Below, one piece after another: positions 26,010-34,319 of a stretch of DNA of 64,000 bases. The first letter of the stretch is position 1. Each line of letters opens with the position of its first letter. The translations under genes and the position numbers were made by a program. Source of the DNA: Candidatus Omnitrophota bacterium (lineage in GTDB: Bacteria > Omnitrophota > Gorgyraeia > Gygaellales > UBA12090); contig JAUSCZ010000007.1 of NCBI GenBank assembly GCA_030674475.1, forward strand, positions 669-64,668, read 5' to 3'. A model generated the notes under the pieces. That model was not told the DNA's origin and did no database searches. It worked only from the letters and a program-made list of their open reading frames with translations.

Positions 26010-28325
26010 ATGTTTAAAAAACTGATCTCTATTCTTTTGTCTTTTACTTTTATCACCACCCAGCCCGTATTCGCCCAAGGCGTAGCCCAGCTGAATATGG
26101 CCCAATACCTGGGTTCAATGCCGGCTGTTGCGGCAGACCGGTTCCGTCCTCTGCATATGCGCTATTTATCTTACGATGCGGCTACTGATAATTTCCAGCT
26201 TCTTTTAGATAAAGGGGATGATCAGGATATTAAGGTAGGGAACGGTCGCGACCGTTCCCTACAGGAAAAGACCAAGGTCCTGATGGAGTATTTCCAGATA
26301 GGATTAGCCCTGCCTAATGACAAGTTCTGGGTAAACCTAAGGCCGGATGCCGAAGACCAGATAATTGACCCGGAGTTAGAAAAGACCGATATGGGTAAGA
26401 TAATGCTGGAGTCAGACCTGCAGTTAAAGAAGGATACTGCCGGCTTCACCTCACCCCAGACCACAGAAGGCAGACAATACTGGGATAAGCTTTATAAGAA
26501 AGCCGGAGAACTCTTCGGCACCGAAAACATCACCATCCCCACCATCACCCGTCCCTGGATAGTCCCGGGTGAGATAATCCTAAGGCAAGGCGAAGACTCG
26601 GCCTATATCTTCAAGGCCAATATGAAGGTGATGCTGGAGCATGACTACTTAAGCTCTCAGCCTTCAGCTCTCAGCTCTCAGCAATATAATTTCAAAGACC
26701 CCCGGATGAAAGAGTTGAACGAATACTCCAGCCAACTGATTAGAGAGTTGATTATCCCTAAATTAACCAAAGAGGTAAACACCTCTAAAAGATACGCCGC
26801 CTTAAGACAGGTATTCTTTTCCTTAGTCATGGCCCGCTGGTTTAAGGATACTTTCAGCGGCAAACCTGGCCAATACTCCCAGTTGATTGACAGCCACAAC
26901 CTCAACAACCTCACCTCCAAGGAGGCCTGGTCCAAGACAACCTACTTCAACGAATACAAGAAGTCCTTTGAAAAAGGCGAATACAACCTTAAGGAAGACA
27001 TCTCCACCCCTACCGGCCAGGTGATCAGGAGTTATGTCAGCGGGGGGATTACTGGTTCAAGCAGCGCAATGGGTAAGAATATAACCCATAATAATGGAGA
27101 GCACCCTCTTGATGTTGTTAATATTTTTTATAAAATGCCGAAAGGACATAACTCCGGAAATCTTTTTCTTGTGAAATCCATAGGCGATAAAACAATAGTA
27201 GAAATAGTCTCCTCAAATTCTCCGGAACGCCCAGGCAAAGAAAATATTATAAAGAATGAAGCAAGGGCCGGCTCAGCGCTGATGGAGGCAAAGCCTGCGG
27301 AATTTTTCTCTTTTGAAGAAAGCGAGGAGTTAAGAAAGAATCTTGAACAGAATATGTGGGTAAGGGTGGAGGATATTAAAACAATACTTTCTAACGCCTT
27401 GAATAGCATAGATGTTAATAATGACGCTTTTCCGAATATTCGTAAAGATATTAATAGTATTTTAATGTATTTAAATATTTTTAACAATAGGGATGCAAGA
27501 ATAAAAGGAAAAGATATAGATGAGATTGTGGAAATTCTTTACAAAAAAGGCACCTCCAGCGAGAAGTCCTTGTTTGATATTCTTCCGAAAGGATATAAGG
27601 TATGGTCGGGAGGGCGATCTGTAACATTAAGTGGCAGTGTTTCAGAATTAAGACGGTTCCAGGAAGCTTGGGAAAAGCTAGAAATTGATGCGGAGGCTGT
27701 AGTAAAGAGAATCGTAGGGCAAACGGGTGCTGCGAGTGAGAAATATGTAAAATATATTGTGGAAAGATTCCGGGAAAAGATTGACCGTAACCCTACTATG
27801 CAAGAGACAGGAGAAATTATAGGCTACGTTATTCAGAATCATAAAGGAAATGAGAGCCTGCCGGAAATAGTAGATGAAAAGATAGCGGAGATTATGGCTT
27901 CTTCCTCGATGGAGACAATTTCTAAGTCTGTTCCTAAAAACGCCGGTGGTATTGATTTCCGGACTATGAACTATCTGGTCCAGCCGATGGGGAGTTTTAA
28001 GGATTTGCGGTTTGGCTTGCCTACTTTAACCAGCAGCGCGTTAGAGAGGATTGACCTGGATAAGGAATTAGACTCCCTGCGCGATATGGTCAAGGCCGGG
28101 ATGGTGCCTTCGGGGATGCGGGTCAAGGAATACCTGGCCGCCTGCTTCCAGAAAGGTAAGATTGAGGAAAAGCAGGATGACCTCTTAGTCTGTCTGGCCG
28201 AGATCTACCGCCTGGCTGAGGAGGAGAACTTAGAAACCAGCCCGGAACTGCGGGAGTCCCTGGTAATTGTAGACACCGGTAAATTCGTCCTCATGCCTAA
28301 CAACCAAAAGGTGGGGCTGAGTTAA
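26010..28325 (+). CDS. Secreted modular protein, paralog 2 (771 aa)
   Basis: Start at ATG 26010 after AGGGGG SD; same signal peptide and flanking domains as paralog 1. Confidence 0.82.
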   Translation: MFKKLISILLSFTFITTQPVFAQGVAQLNMAQYLGSMPAVAADRFRPLHMRYLSYDAATDNFQLLLDKGDDQDIKVGNGRDRSLQEKTKVLMEYFQIGLALPNDKFWVNLRPDAEDQIIDPELEKTDMGKIMLESDLQLKKDTAGFTSPQTTEGRQYWDKLYKKAGELFGTENITIPTITRPWIVPGEIILRQGEDSAYIFKANMKVMLEHDYLSSQPSALSSQQYNFKDPRMKELNEYSSQLIRELIIPKLTKEVNTSKRYAALRQVFFSLVMARWFKDTFSGKPGQYSQLIDSHNLNNLTSKEAWSKTTYFNEYKKSFEKGEYNLKEDISTPTGQVIRSYVSGGITGSSSAMGKNITHNNGEHPLDVVNIFYKMPKGHNSGNLFLVKSIGDKTIVEIVSSNSPERPGKENIIKNEARAGSALMEAKPAEFFSFEESEELRKNLEQNMWVRVEDIKTILSNALNSIDVNNDAFPNIRKDINSILMYLNIFNNRDARIKGKDIDEIVEILYKKGTSSEKSLFDILPKGYKVWSGGRSVTLSGSVSELRRFQEAWEKLEIDAEAVVKRIVGQTGAASEKYVKYIVERFREKIDRNPTMQETGEIIGYVIQNHKGNESLPEIVDEKIAEIMASSSMETISKSVPKNAGGIDFRTMNYLVQPMGSFKDLRFGLPTLTSSALERIDLDKELDSLRDMVKAGMVPSGMRVKEYLAACFQKGKIEEKQDDLLVCLAEIYRLAEEENLETSPELRESLVIVDTGKFVLMPNNQKVGLS
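26235..26262. repeat. GTAG REP inserted in-frame in paralog 2
   Basis: Perfect palindrome GTAGGGAACGGTCGCGACCGTTCCCTAC; encodes VGNGRDRSL, absent from paralog 1. Confidence 0.85.
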
Positions 28326-28352
28326 GCGGATTTCTCGCTGAAAGTCATTCTT

Positions 28353-28388
28353 CAGGGTGGTTCTCTAAGAGAGAACCACCCTGTTTTT
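28353..28388 (+). terminator. Rho-independent terminator after paralog 2
   Basis: CAGGGTGGTTCTCT-AAG-AGAGAACCACCCTG-TTTTT. Confidence 0.8.
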
Positions 28389-28397
28389 ATTTGGTAA

Positions 28398-28425
28398 TTG
28401 ACAAAGCTGTATTGTATGCTATACT
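28398..28425 (+). promoter_or_regulatory. Sigma70 promoter of the second AbrB-RelE module
   Basis: TTGACA-16 bp-TATACT with TG extension. Confidence 0.7.
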
Positions 28426-28484
28426 TATATGTAGAAATGCAGTAATGCGGATAATTATTGTTAGATAACAAGGAGGATATTGTT

Positions 28485-28787
28485 ATGATTGGCATGAAGA
28501 ATATGGCTGTGGTTTCTGAAAGAGGCACGGTTACCATCCCTAATGCTGTAAGAAGGACCGCGCGCATCCGCCCCGGAGACTTGCTTGAGTTCAAGCCGCA
28601 GGGCGATAGCGTGATCTTAAGACATATGATAGTCAGAGGCGCCGGAGAAGGGGACTTTTTGAGCGATAATGAATGGATGGAATTTGATAAGCTGGTAAAT
28701 AAACAGTTAAAAGAAGGCGCGTATAAGAGCTATGGGGACATAAAACAGGCTAAATCGCATTCCCGCAGGCTGATGCGTGGCGCGTGA
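28485..28787 (+). CDS. AbrB/MazE-family antitoxin
   Basis: VSERGTVTIPNAVR...PGDLLEF; start ATG 28485 after AGGAGG. Confidence 0.85.
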   Translation: MIGMKNMAVVSERGTVTIPNAVRRTARIRPGDLLEFKPQGDSVILRHMIVRGAGEGDFLSDNEWMEFDKLVNKQLKEGAYKSYGDIKQAKSHSRRLMRGA

Positions 28788-29070
28788 AATAGCCGTGGTT
28801 ATAAATTATCTTAGTTCCTACGACCGCTCTTTTAAGAAGCTGGATGTCCCGGCCCAAAGAAAAACCGTATCGGCTATAAATAATTTTCTCTCTTTCTTAG
28901 GCAGCCGTCAGAAACCCGAAGGCTTGGGTCTGAAAAAGATTTATAAAAATTATTGGGAGATTCGGATAAATATTCGTAACCGGATAATCTTTCAGTTAGA
29001 AGGCGGGGTTATAAATATTTCCTTTGTCGGCGACCACAATGCCGTCAGGGTGTTTATAAGAAAACCTTAA
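28777..29070 (+). CDS. RelE/ParE-superfamily toxin (putative), homologous to 20929-21207
   Basis: SYDRSFKKL...GLGLKKI...WEIR...RIIF...GDHNAV. Confidence 0.75.
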   Translation: MAREIAVVINYLSSYDRSFKKLDVPAQRKTVSAINNFLSFLGSRQKPEGLGLKKIYKNYWEIRINIRNRIIFQLEGGVINISFVGDHNAVRVFIRKP

Positions 29071-29090
29071 ACCCGGAATTTGCAATAGTA

Positions 29091-29123
29091 ATGGTGGTTT
29101 GGATTACGCGGGCCGCCATTTTT
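29091..29123. terminator. Array boundary hairpin, copy 5 (abuts the surA/ppiD stop)
   Basis: ATGGTGGTTTGGATTACGCGGGCCGCCAT followed by TTTT. Confidence 0.75.
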
Positions 29124-30609
29124 ATTGGTCGGCTGTTTCCGGGGAGGCGGTTGAGGAAGTGATGTATTGCTTGAGGTTGGCCTGGGTGATCAGTTCGCTC
29201 TGCAGGGTGTTAAAGATATTTTGTTTCTTTCTTTCCAGGAGATTATCGGAATAGGTTGCTTTATCCTGCTTGAATTTATCCTGGTCAATTCCGGTGAATT
29301 TATCCGGCTCAATAATAAAACTACTTTTGGCGTCTTCTAAAATCGGGCTTATTTCACCCGGCTTAAGATCAAAGGCGGAATTTAATATACTTTTGTCTAT
29401 ATCCATATCCGGAATTGTTTGATCGCGTTTAAAAGCGGGGGTGGTTTTTAACTCTACCCCTAAGAGCTCCGCGGCTTTTTTTAAGTTTATGGCAGGGTCA
29501 TTCTGGAGGTAGCCGTCAATTTTATTCTTATAATCTTCGGTTTTATTTTTTGCTTCTTCTTTAGCCTTGATTAATTTCAGCGCTTCTTCAGCTTTAGGCT
29601 TTGCCTCTGCTAATTCCGGGATATAGAAATCTTTCTTTTGGGTTACCCGCAGGATATAGACGCCTTGAGCGGTATGGATTACCGGGCTGATTTGCCCGGC
29701 TTTCAGGTTGAAGCAATATTTATAAAATTCCTCGGATTCAATATTTTCCACCGGCTCATCTACGGCAAAGAAGCCGCTTTGGCGATAGGTAATATCTCCG
29801 GAAGCAGAGCTTTTAAGATCATTTGATTTTTTGATTTTGGGATAGAGATTATTCATTTGTTCGGATATGCCTATTCTTTGGGCCTCTTTAGAGTCCGGGG
29901 GGTAGTTGATTCCTATATACTCAATTTTGACCGTGGGAGGGCGTTTAAATTGGTTTGAGTTTTTCTGGTAATAGTCTTTAAGTTCATCTTCGCTTATTTT
30001 TATATCAGAGAGAAAGTTTTTAGAGTTAGTTTGGATATAATGGACGTTTAAGGTCTCATTGTCTTTTTTGTAAGCCTCCAAGACCTCCGTGTCGGTCAGG
30101 GTAATATCTTTGGTGGCCTGGACATAGAGTTTGCGGATAATAAGGTTATTGCGGGTTTGTTCTTCAAATTCGCGGGGTTGGCTGCCCAGGAAATAACGGA
30201 TTATCCTGCCGTAGGCATCCTGATTGAATTTGCCGTCTTTAGAAAATAAAGGATTAGAGGCAATCTCATCAACTACCTCCTGGTTTGACGCGGTGATTTT
30301 TTGTTTTTTGGCCTGTTCCAGCAGGATGAGTTTTATCCAGGCCTGGTTATTCAGGTCAACAAATTGCAGGAGGACATTATAATTTTCTCCGAACCTGAAT
30401 TTGAGGTCATTCAGGCAGGAAAGCCGTATTTTTCTAAATTCCGGGTTAGAAACCCGGCGGCCAAAGACCACTCCGGCATAGTTGGATTCTTTAGAGTTTT
30501 GCTTTCCTGACCCGGCTCCCCAAAGCACAAAGGCGAAGACCATCACCCCGACCATTACAGAGAGGATTATTTTCTGGGCCCGCTTTTTTTGGCGCAATAT
30601 TTTTAACAT
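29122..30609 (-). CDS. SurA/PpiD-like periplasmic chaperone (parvulin-type PPIase)
   Basis: N-terminal TM (FAFVLWG), SurA_N-like helical domain, two parvulin-like segments (F.LK.G.IS..I). Confidence 0.8.
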   Translation of the reverse strand: MLKILRQKKRAQKIILSVMVGVMVFAFVLWGAGSGKQNSKESNYAGVVFGRRVSNPEFRKIRLSCLNDLKFRFGENYNVLLQFVDLNNQAWIKLILLEQAKKQKITASNQEVVDEIASNPLFSKDGKFNQDAYGRIIRYFLGSQPREFEEQTRNNLIIRKLYVQATKDITLTDTEVLEAYKKDNETLNVHYIQTNSKNFLSDIKISEDELKDYYQKNSNQFKRPPTVKIEYIGINYPPDSKEAQRIGISEQMNNLYPKIKKSNDLKSSASGDITYRQSGFFAVDEPVENIESEEFYKYCFNLKAGQISPVIHTAQGVYILRVTQKKDFYIPELAEAKPKAEEALKLIKAKEEAKNKTEDYKNKIDGYLQNDPAINLKKAAELLGVELKTTPAFKRDQTIPDMDIDKSILNSAFDLKPGEISPILEDAKSSFIIEPDKFTGIDQDKFKQDKATYSDNLLERKKQNIFNTLQSELITQANLKQYITSSTASPETADQ

Positions 30610-30854
30610 AGTTTATAATTATACCTTTTAAAGCGCCAAAAGCAACAATATTCTTTTTACTTTACATTTTGATTTATGGGTTGTATAATTGTTAAGATTT
30701 TATATTTAAGAGAAATCGGGGAAAAGATTTTAATTCAAGAAAAATCTGTCCTGCGGGCAGAGACTTTTGGCAGATTTTTCTTGATCCTGAAGCCCGAAGG
30801 GCTGAAGGATCTAATATAGGTAACTGAATATAATTTCCTATACACCAAGAAAAG

Positions 30855-31733
30855 ATGAAAAATATATTAAAACTTGGTTTGCCTAAAGGAAGCCTGCAAG
30901 AGGCTACCTTTAGTATGTTCAAGAAGGCGGGTTTTAATGTGCATGTGGGCGAAAGGTCTTATTTGCCTTCCATTGACGACCCGGAAATTGAGCCGGTTCT
31001 CTTACGGGCCCAGGAGATGTCCCGCTATGTTGAGGACGGGGCGCTGGATTGCGGGGTTACCGGAAATGACTGGATATTGGAGAACGGTTCGGATGTAGTG
31101 CGGGTAGAGGAGTTGGTATACGCCAAACAGAGCTTGAACCCGGTGCGCTGGGTGCTGGCGGTGCCGGAGAGTTCAAATATAAAGAGCGTTAAGGATTTAG
31201 AGGGAAAAATTATTGCCACGGAATTAGTTAACGCTACCAAGAAATTTTTAAAGAAAAATAAAGTCAACGCTGATGTGGAGTTTAGCTGGGGGGCAACTGA
31301 GGTGAAGGTGGCCTCCGGTTTAGTGGACGCGATTGTGGAGCTGACTGAAACCGGCAGAAGCCTGCGGGCGCATAAGCTAAGAGAAATTACCGCGATAATC
31401 TTCTCCACTACCCAGTTTATCGCTAACAAGGCTTCTTACAAAGACTCCTGGAAAAAAGCCAAGATGCGACAGATTTGTCTTTTGCTGAAAGGGGCAATCC
31501 AGGCTGAGGGCAAGGTTGGCCTGAAGATGAACGTAAGGCGGATAAACCTAAAGAAGGTAATTGGTATTTTACCAGCCCTAAAAAATCCCACGGTATCCGG
31601 CTTAGCTCAGGAAGGCTGGCTGGCGGTTGAGACTATAATTGAAGAAAAGGTTGTGCGTAATATAATTCCCCAGCTCAAGGAGGCCGGAGCCGAAGGGATT
31701 ATCGAGTATCCGCTGAATAAGCTGATATATTAA
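30855..31733 (+). CDS. hisG: ATP phosphoribosyltransferase (long form)
   Basis: [27 protein letters not shown]-terminal regulatory domain. Confidence 0.95.
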   Translation: MKNILKLGLPKGSLQEATFSMFKKAGFNVHVGERSYLPSIDDPEIEPVLLRAQEMSRYVEDGALDCGVTGNDWILENGSDVVRVEELVYAKQSLNPVRWVLAVPESSNIKSVKDLEGKIIATELVNATKKFLKKNKVNADVEFSWGATEVKVASGLVDAIVELTETGRSLRAHKLREITAIIFSTTQFIANKASYKDSWKKAKMRQICLLLKGAIQAEGKVGLKMNVRRINLKKVIGILPALKNPTVSGLAQEGWLAVETIIEEKVVRNIIPQLKEAGAEGIIEYPLNKLIY

Positions 31734-31832
31734 AATAATAGAAAATAAAAGTGAATATTGATAACGGAGAGCAGAAGATTTTTCTGTAATTTGTTCTCTG
31801 TAATCTTCCGAGCGACTGAAAGGAGCGAGGTA

Positions 31833-31934
31833 ATGCCTTGCGGTAAAAAAAGAAAAAGACAAAAAATACGCACGCATAAAAGAAAAAAGATGCGTCGTAA
31901 GCTCAGACATTTAAAGAAGAGAGCTTGGGGTTAA
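31833..31934 (+). CDS. Small basic protein of the bS22/AURKAIP1-COX24 (DUF1713) type
   Basis: Not in ORF track: MPCGKKRKRQKIRTHKRKKMRRKLRHLKKRAWG*, SD GAGG upstream. Confidence 0.8.
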   Translation: MPCGKKRKRQKIRTHKRKKMRRKLRHLKKRAWG

Positions 31935-31945
31935 AAGAAGGTTGG

Positions 31946-31989
31946 TGCCGCGTTGTCAAACCGGTTCTTAACGGTTTGACAACGCGGCA
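31946..31989. terminator. 18-bp stem hairpin after the small basic protein
   Basis: TGCCGCGTTGTCAAACCG...CGGTTTGACAACGCGGCA. Confidence 0.65.
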
Positions 31990-32088
31990 ATTTGCCACGG
32001 GGATACTATACAGCTTGCTTGAGGGATAACCGGGCTTTCTAAAAAGAAATAAACTTATAGAAAAGCCTGAGTAATAGTAATGTCGCAG

Positions 32089-32272
32089 CCTAATATACTG
32101 TAACATTAATTTTAGATGTTACAGTATATTAGGGGGGCGTGGGGGAGACCGTCCCCCACGATTGGGGGGTGCTCAGCGAACATAGTGAGCGCCGAAGGGG
32201 GGCTTGCCCCCCTAGCGGAAGTGCGACGGAACATTCCTATAATTATTAAGAATTTATGTTACGGAGCACTAG
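32089..32272. repeat. ~180-bp structured dispersed repeat (MITE-like), copy 1
   Basis: Core GTGGGGGAGACCGTCCCCCACGATTGGGGGGTGCTCAGCGAAC...CCCCTAGCGGAAGTGCGA nearly identical to 50385-50562. Confidence 0.85.
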
Positions 32273-33272
32273 GGTGGTCAGGTTTTTAATCTGGTTTTTT
32301 GTAACAGCGTGCGTTCTATCCTTGTCAGGCCGTTTATGGAATAAGGCGCTTAATGTATCTGAAGGCGCCGTTGGATTCGGCGGCTTGAAAGAAAAATCCC
32401 AAACGCAGGCTCAAGCCCATTATATGATGGGCTTATTTTATGAAAACCAGAATAAATTTGATGAGGCAATTGCCGAGTATAAACAAACCCTGGCCTTAGA
32501 AAAAGATATCCCGGCGCCGCGGGTGCGCATCGCCGCGAATCTTATCCGCAAAAACGATTTTCCTAACGCGCTCATAGAACTTCAGGAGGCAAAAAAGCTT
32601 GACCCTGATAATATAGAAACCGGGCTGCTTTTAACCCTCCTGTATACCATCCAGAATTCTTCGGATAAGGCAGTCCAGGAATATGAGGATGTTTTGAAAA
32701 AGGCCTCAAGCGCTGACCCTAAGAATGTTGATATCCTTAAGACCTTGGCCGGCTTGTATTATCAGCAGAAGAAATTCCCGGAGGCGAGTAACCTTTATAA
32801 GCTCGTCCTGGATATTGATAAAAATGATTATGAATCGGTATTTTTGCTGGGGGCTCTTTTAGAGGAGAGCGGTAAAAGAGACGAGGCAGTAGAGAAATTT
32901 AAAGAGGTTTTAAAGCTCAAGCCGGATTACGCTAACGCCCTGAATTCTTTAGGCTATCTCTATGCTGAGGATGGCCGCCAGCTTAACGAGGCTGAGGAGT
33001 TAATCAAAAAAGCCATTTTGATTGAACCGGATAACGGGGCTTATATTGACAGCCTGGGTTGGGTTTATTTTAGAAGAAATGAGCTGGATAAGGCGATTGA
33101 GCATTTGGAGAAAGCCAGCCTTTTGCTTTTCGACCCGCTGATATACGAACATCTTGGGGATGCCTATTTTAAAAAGGGAGCTCAGGATAAAGCCCAGGCC
33201 TCCTGGCAAAAGTCTTTAGAGCTTAATCCCGCGCAAGATAAGCTAAAAGAAAAGTTAGAGAAACTAAAATAA
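32256..33272 (+). CDS. Tetratricopeptide-repeat protein with N-terminal membrane anchor (start uncertain)
   Basis: Multiple TPRs, ALNSLGY, YIDSLGWVYF, EHLGD. Confidence 0.85.
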   Translation: MLRSTRVVRFLIWFFVTACVLSLSGRLWNKALNVSEGAVGFGGLKEKSQTQAQAHYMMGLFYENQNKFDEAIAEYKQTLALEKDIPAPRVRIAANLIRKNDFPNALIELQEAKKLDPDNIETGLLLTLLYTIQNSSDKAVQEYEDVLKKASSADPKNVDILKTLAGLYYQQKKFPEASNLYKLVLDIDKNDYESVFLLGALLEESGKRDEAVEKFKEVLKLKPDYANALNSLGYLYAEDGRQLNEAEELIKKAILIEPDNGAYIDSLGWVYFRRNELDKAIEHLEKASLLLFDPLIYEHLGDAYFKKGAQDKAQASWQKSLELNPAQDKLKEKLEKLK

Positions 33273-33325
33273 CCCATTCTTACACCTATGCCTACGAGGC
33301 GCAGGAATGGGTTGAGAAAGCAGGA

Positions 33326-34147
33326 ATGGATATTGAGGAGAAGGAAATACGGCTTTTAGAGGATAAGGCTAAGGAAACGCGCCGGCTGATTATCAAAATG
33401 CTGGTTAAGGCCGGTTCGGGTCATCCCGGAGGAAGCCTTTCTTCCACGGACTTATTGACCTGCCTTTATTTTAAAGTCTTGCGTCATAATCCTAAGGATC
33501 CTCAGTGGCCGGATCGAGACAGGTTTCATCTTTCTAAGGGCCACTGCTGTCCGGCGCTTTACGCGGTGCTGGCGGAATTAGGATATTTTCCTCTGGAGCA
33601 TCTTTGGACTTTGCGTAAGCTGGGCTCGATACTTCAAGGGCATCCGGATCGTAAGGTTCCCGGAGTAGAGGTGGCCAGCGGTTCTTTGGGCCAGGGCTTA
33701 TCCGTGGCTTTGGGAATGAGTTTGGCCGCTAAAATGGACAAAAAATCTTACCGGGTGTATTGTTTGATGGGAGACGGCGAGACCCAGGAGGGCAATGTCT
33801 GGGAAGCGGCCATGGCGGGCGCCCACTATAAGTGTGATAATCTCTGCGCGATGATTGATTATAATGGCTTTCAGATTGACGGATGCACTAAGGAGATTAT
33901 GAATTTAGAGCCTTTGGCGGATAAGTGGCGCTCTTTTGGCTGGCATGCTATAGAGATAAACGGGCATAACATCAGAGAGATACTCAGCGCCTACGAGGAG
34001 GCCAAGACAATAAAAGGAAAGCCTTCTATTATTATTGCCCGCACCATAAAAGGCAAGGGAGTTTCTTTTATGGAAAATGTCCTGGATTTTCACGGCCGCG
34101 CCCCCACCAAGGAAGAGGCGGAGAAAGCACTGAAAGAACTTGAATAA
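33326..34147 (+). CDS. Transketolase, N-terminal subunit
   Basis: SGHPGGSLS, LSKGH, GSLGQGL, GDGE. Confidence 0.93.
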   Translation: MDIEEKEIRLLEDKAKETRRLIIKMLVKAGSGHPGGSLSSTDLLTCLYFKVLRHNPKDPQWPDRDRFHLSKGHCCPALYAVLAELGYFPLEHLWTLRKLGSILQGHPDRKVPGVEVASGSLGQGLSVALGMSLAAKMDKKSYRVYCLMGDGETQEGNVWEAAMAGAHYKCDNLCAMIDYNGFQIDGCTKEIMNLEPLADKWRSFGWHAIEINGHNIREILSAYEEAKTIKGKPSIIIARTIKGKGVSFMENVLDFHGRAPTKEEAEKALKELE

Positions 34148-34148
34148 A

Positions 34149-34299
34149 AATGTCGAATGACGAAATCCGAATGACGAATGGATGTCTAATTCCTAAATGA
34201 CTAAGGTCCATACTTATGCCTTTTGAAATAATTTTTAGGCATTAGGACATTTATAGAATCGGGCATTAGTTCGGTATTCGTCATTAGGAATTCGACATT
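34149..34299. repeat. Degenerate heptamer array followed by its reverse complement
   Basis: AATGTCG/AATGACG/AAATCCG... then ...CATTAG/ATTCG/ATTCGACATT. Confidence 0.75.
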
Positions 34300-34319
34300 A
34301 AACTGTTATAATCAATACT

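Noticed and set aside
22861-27911. Diversity-generating retroelement acting on the paralog cores
   Set aside because: No reverse transcriptase in the window; differences include indels and all substitution types rather than adenine-specific changes.
21820-28325. Classical polymorphic toxin with downstream immunity gene
   Set aside because: The C-terminus is the conserved part, and the downstream genes are separately promoted or opposite-strand TA genes.
18172-29119. CRISPR array or classical integron as the explanation for the repeated hairpins
   Set aside because: Spacing is 1-3.4 kb and there are no cas genes. The hairpins lack recognisable RYYYAAC/GTTRRRY attC ends, no intI is in the window, and the units carry their own promoters.
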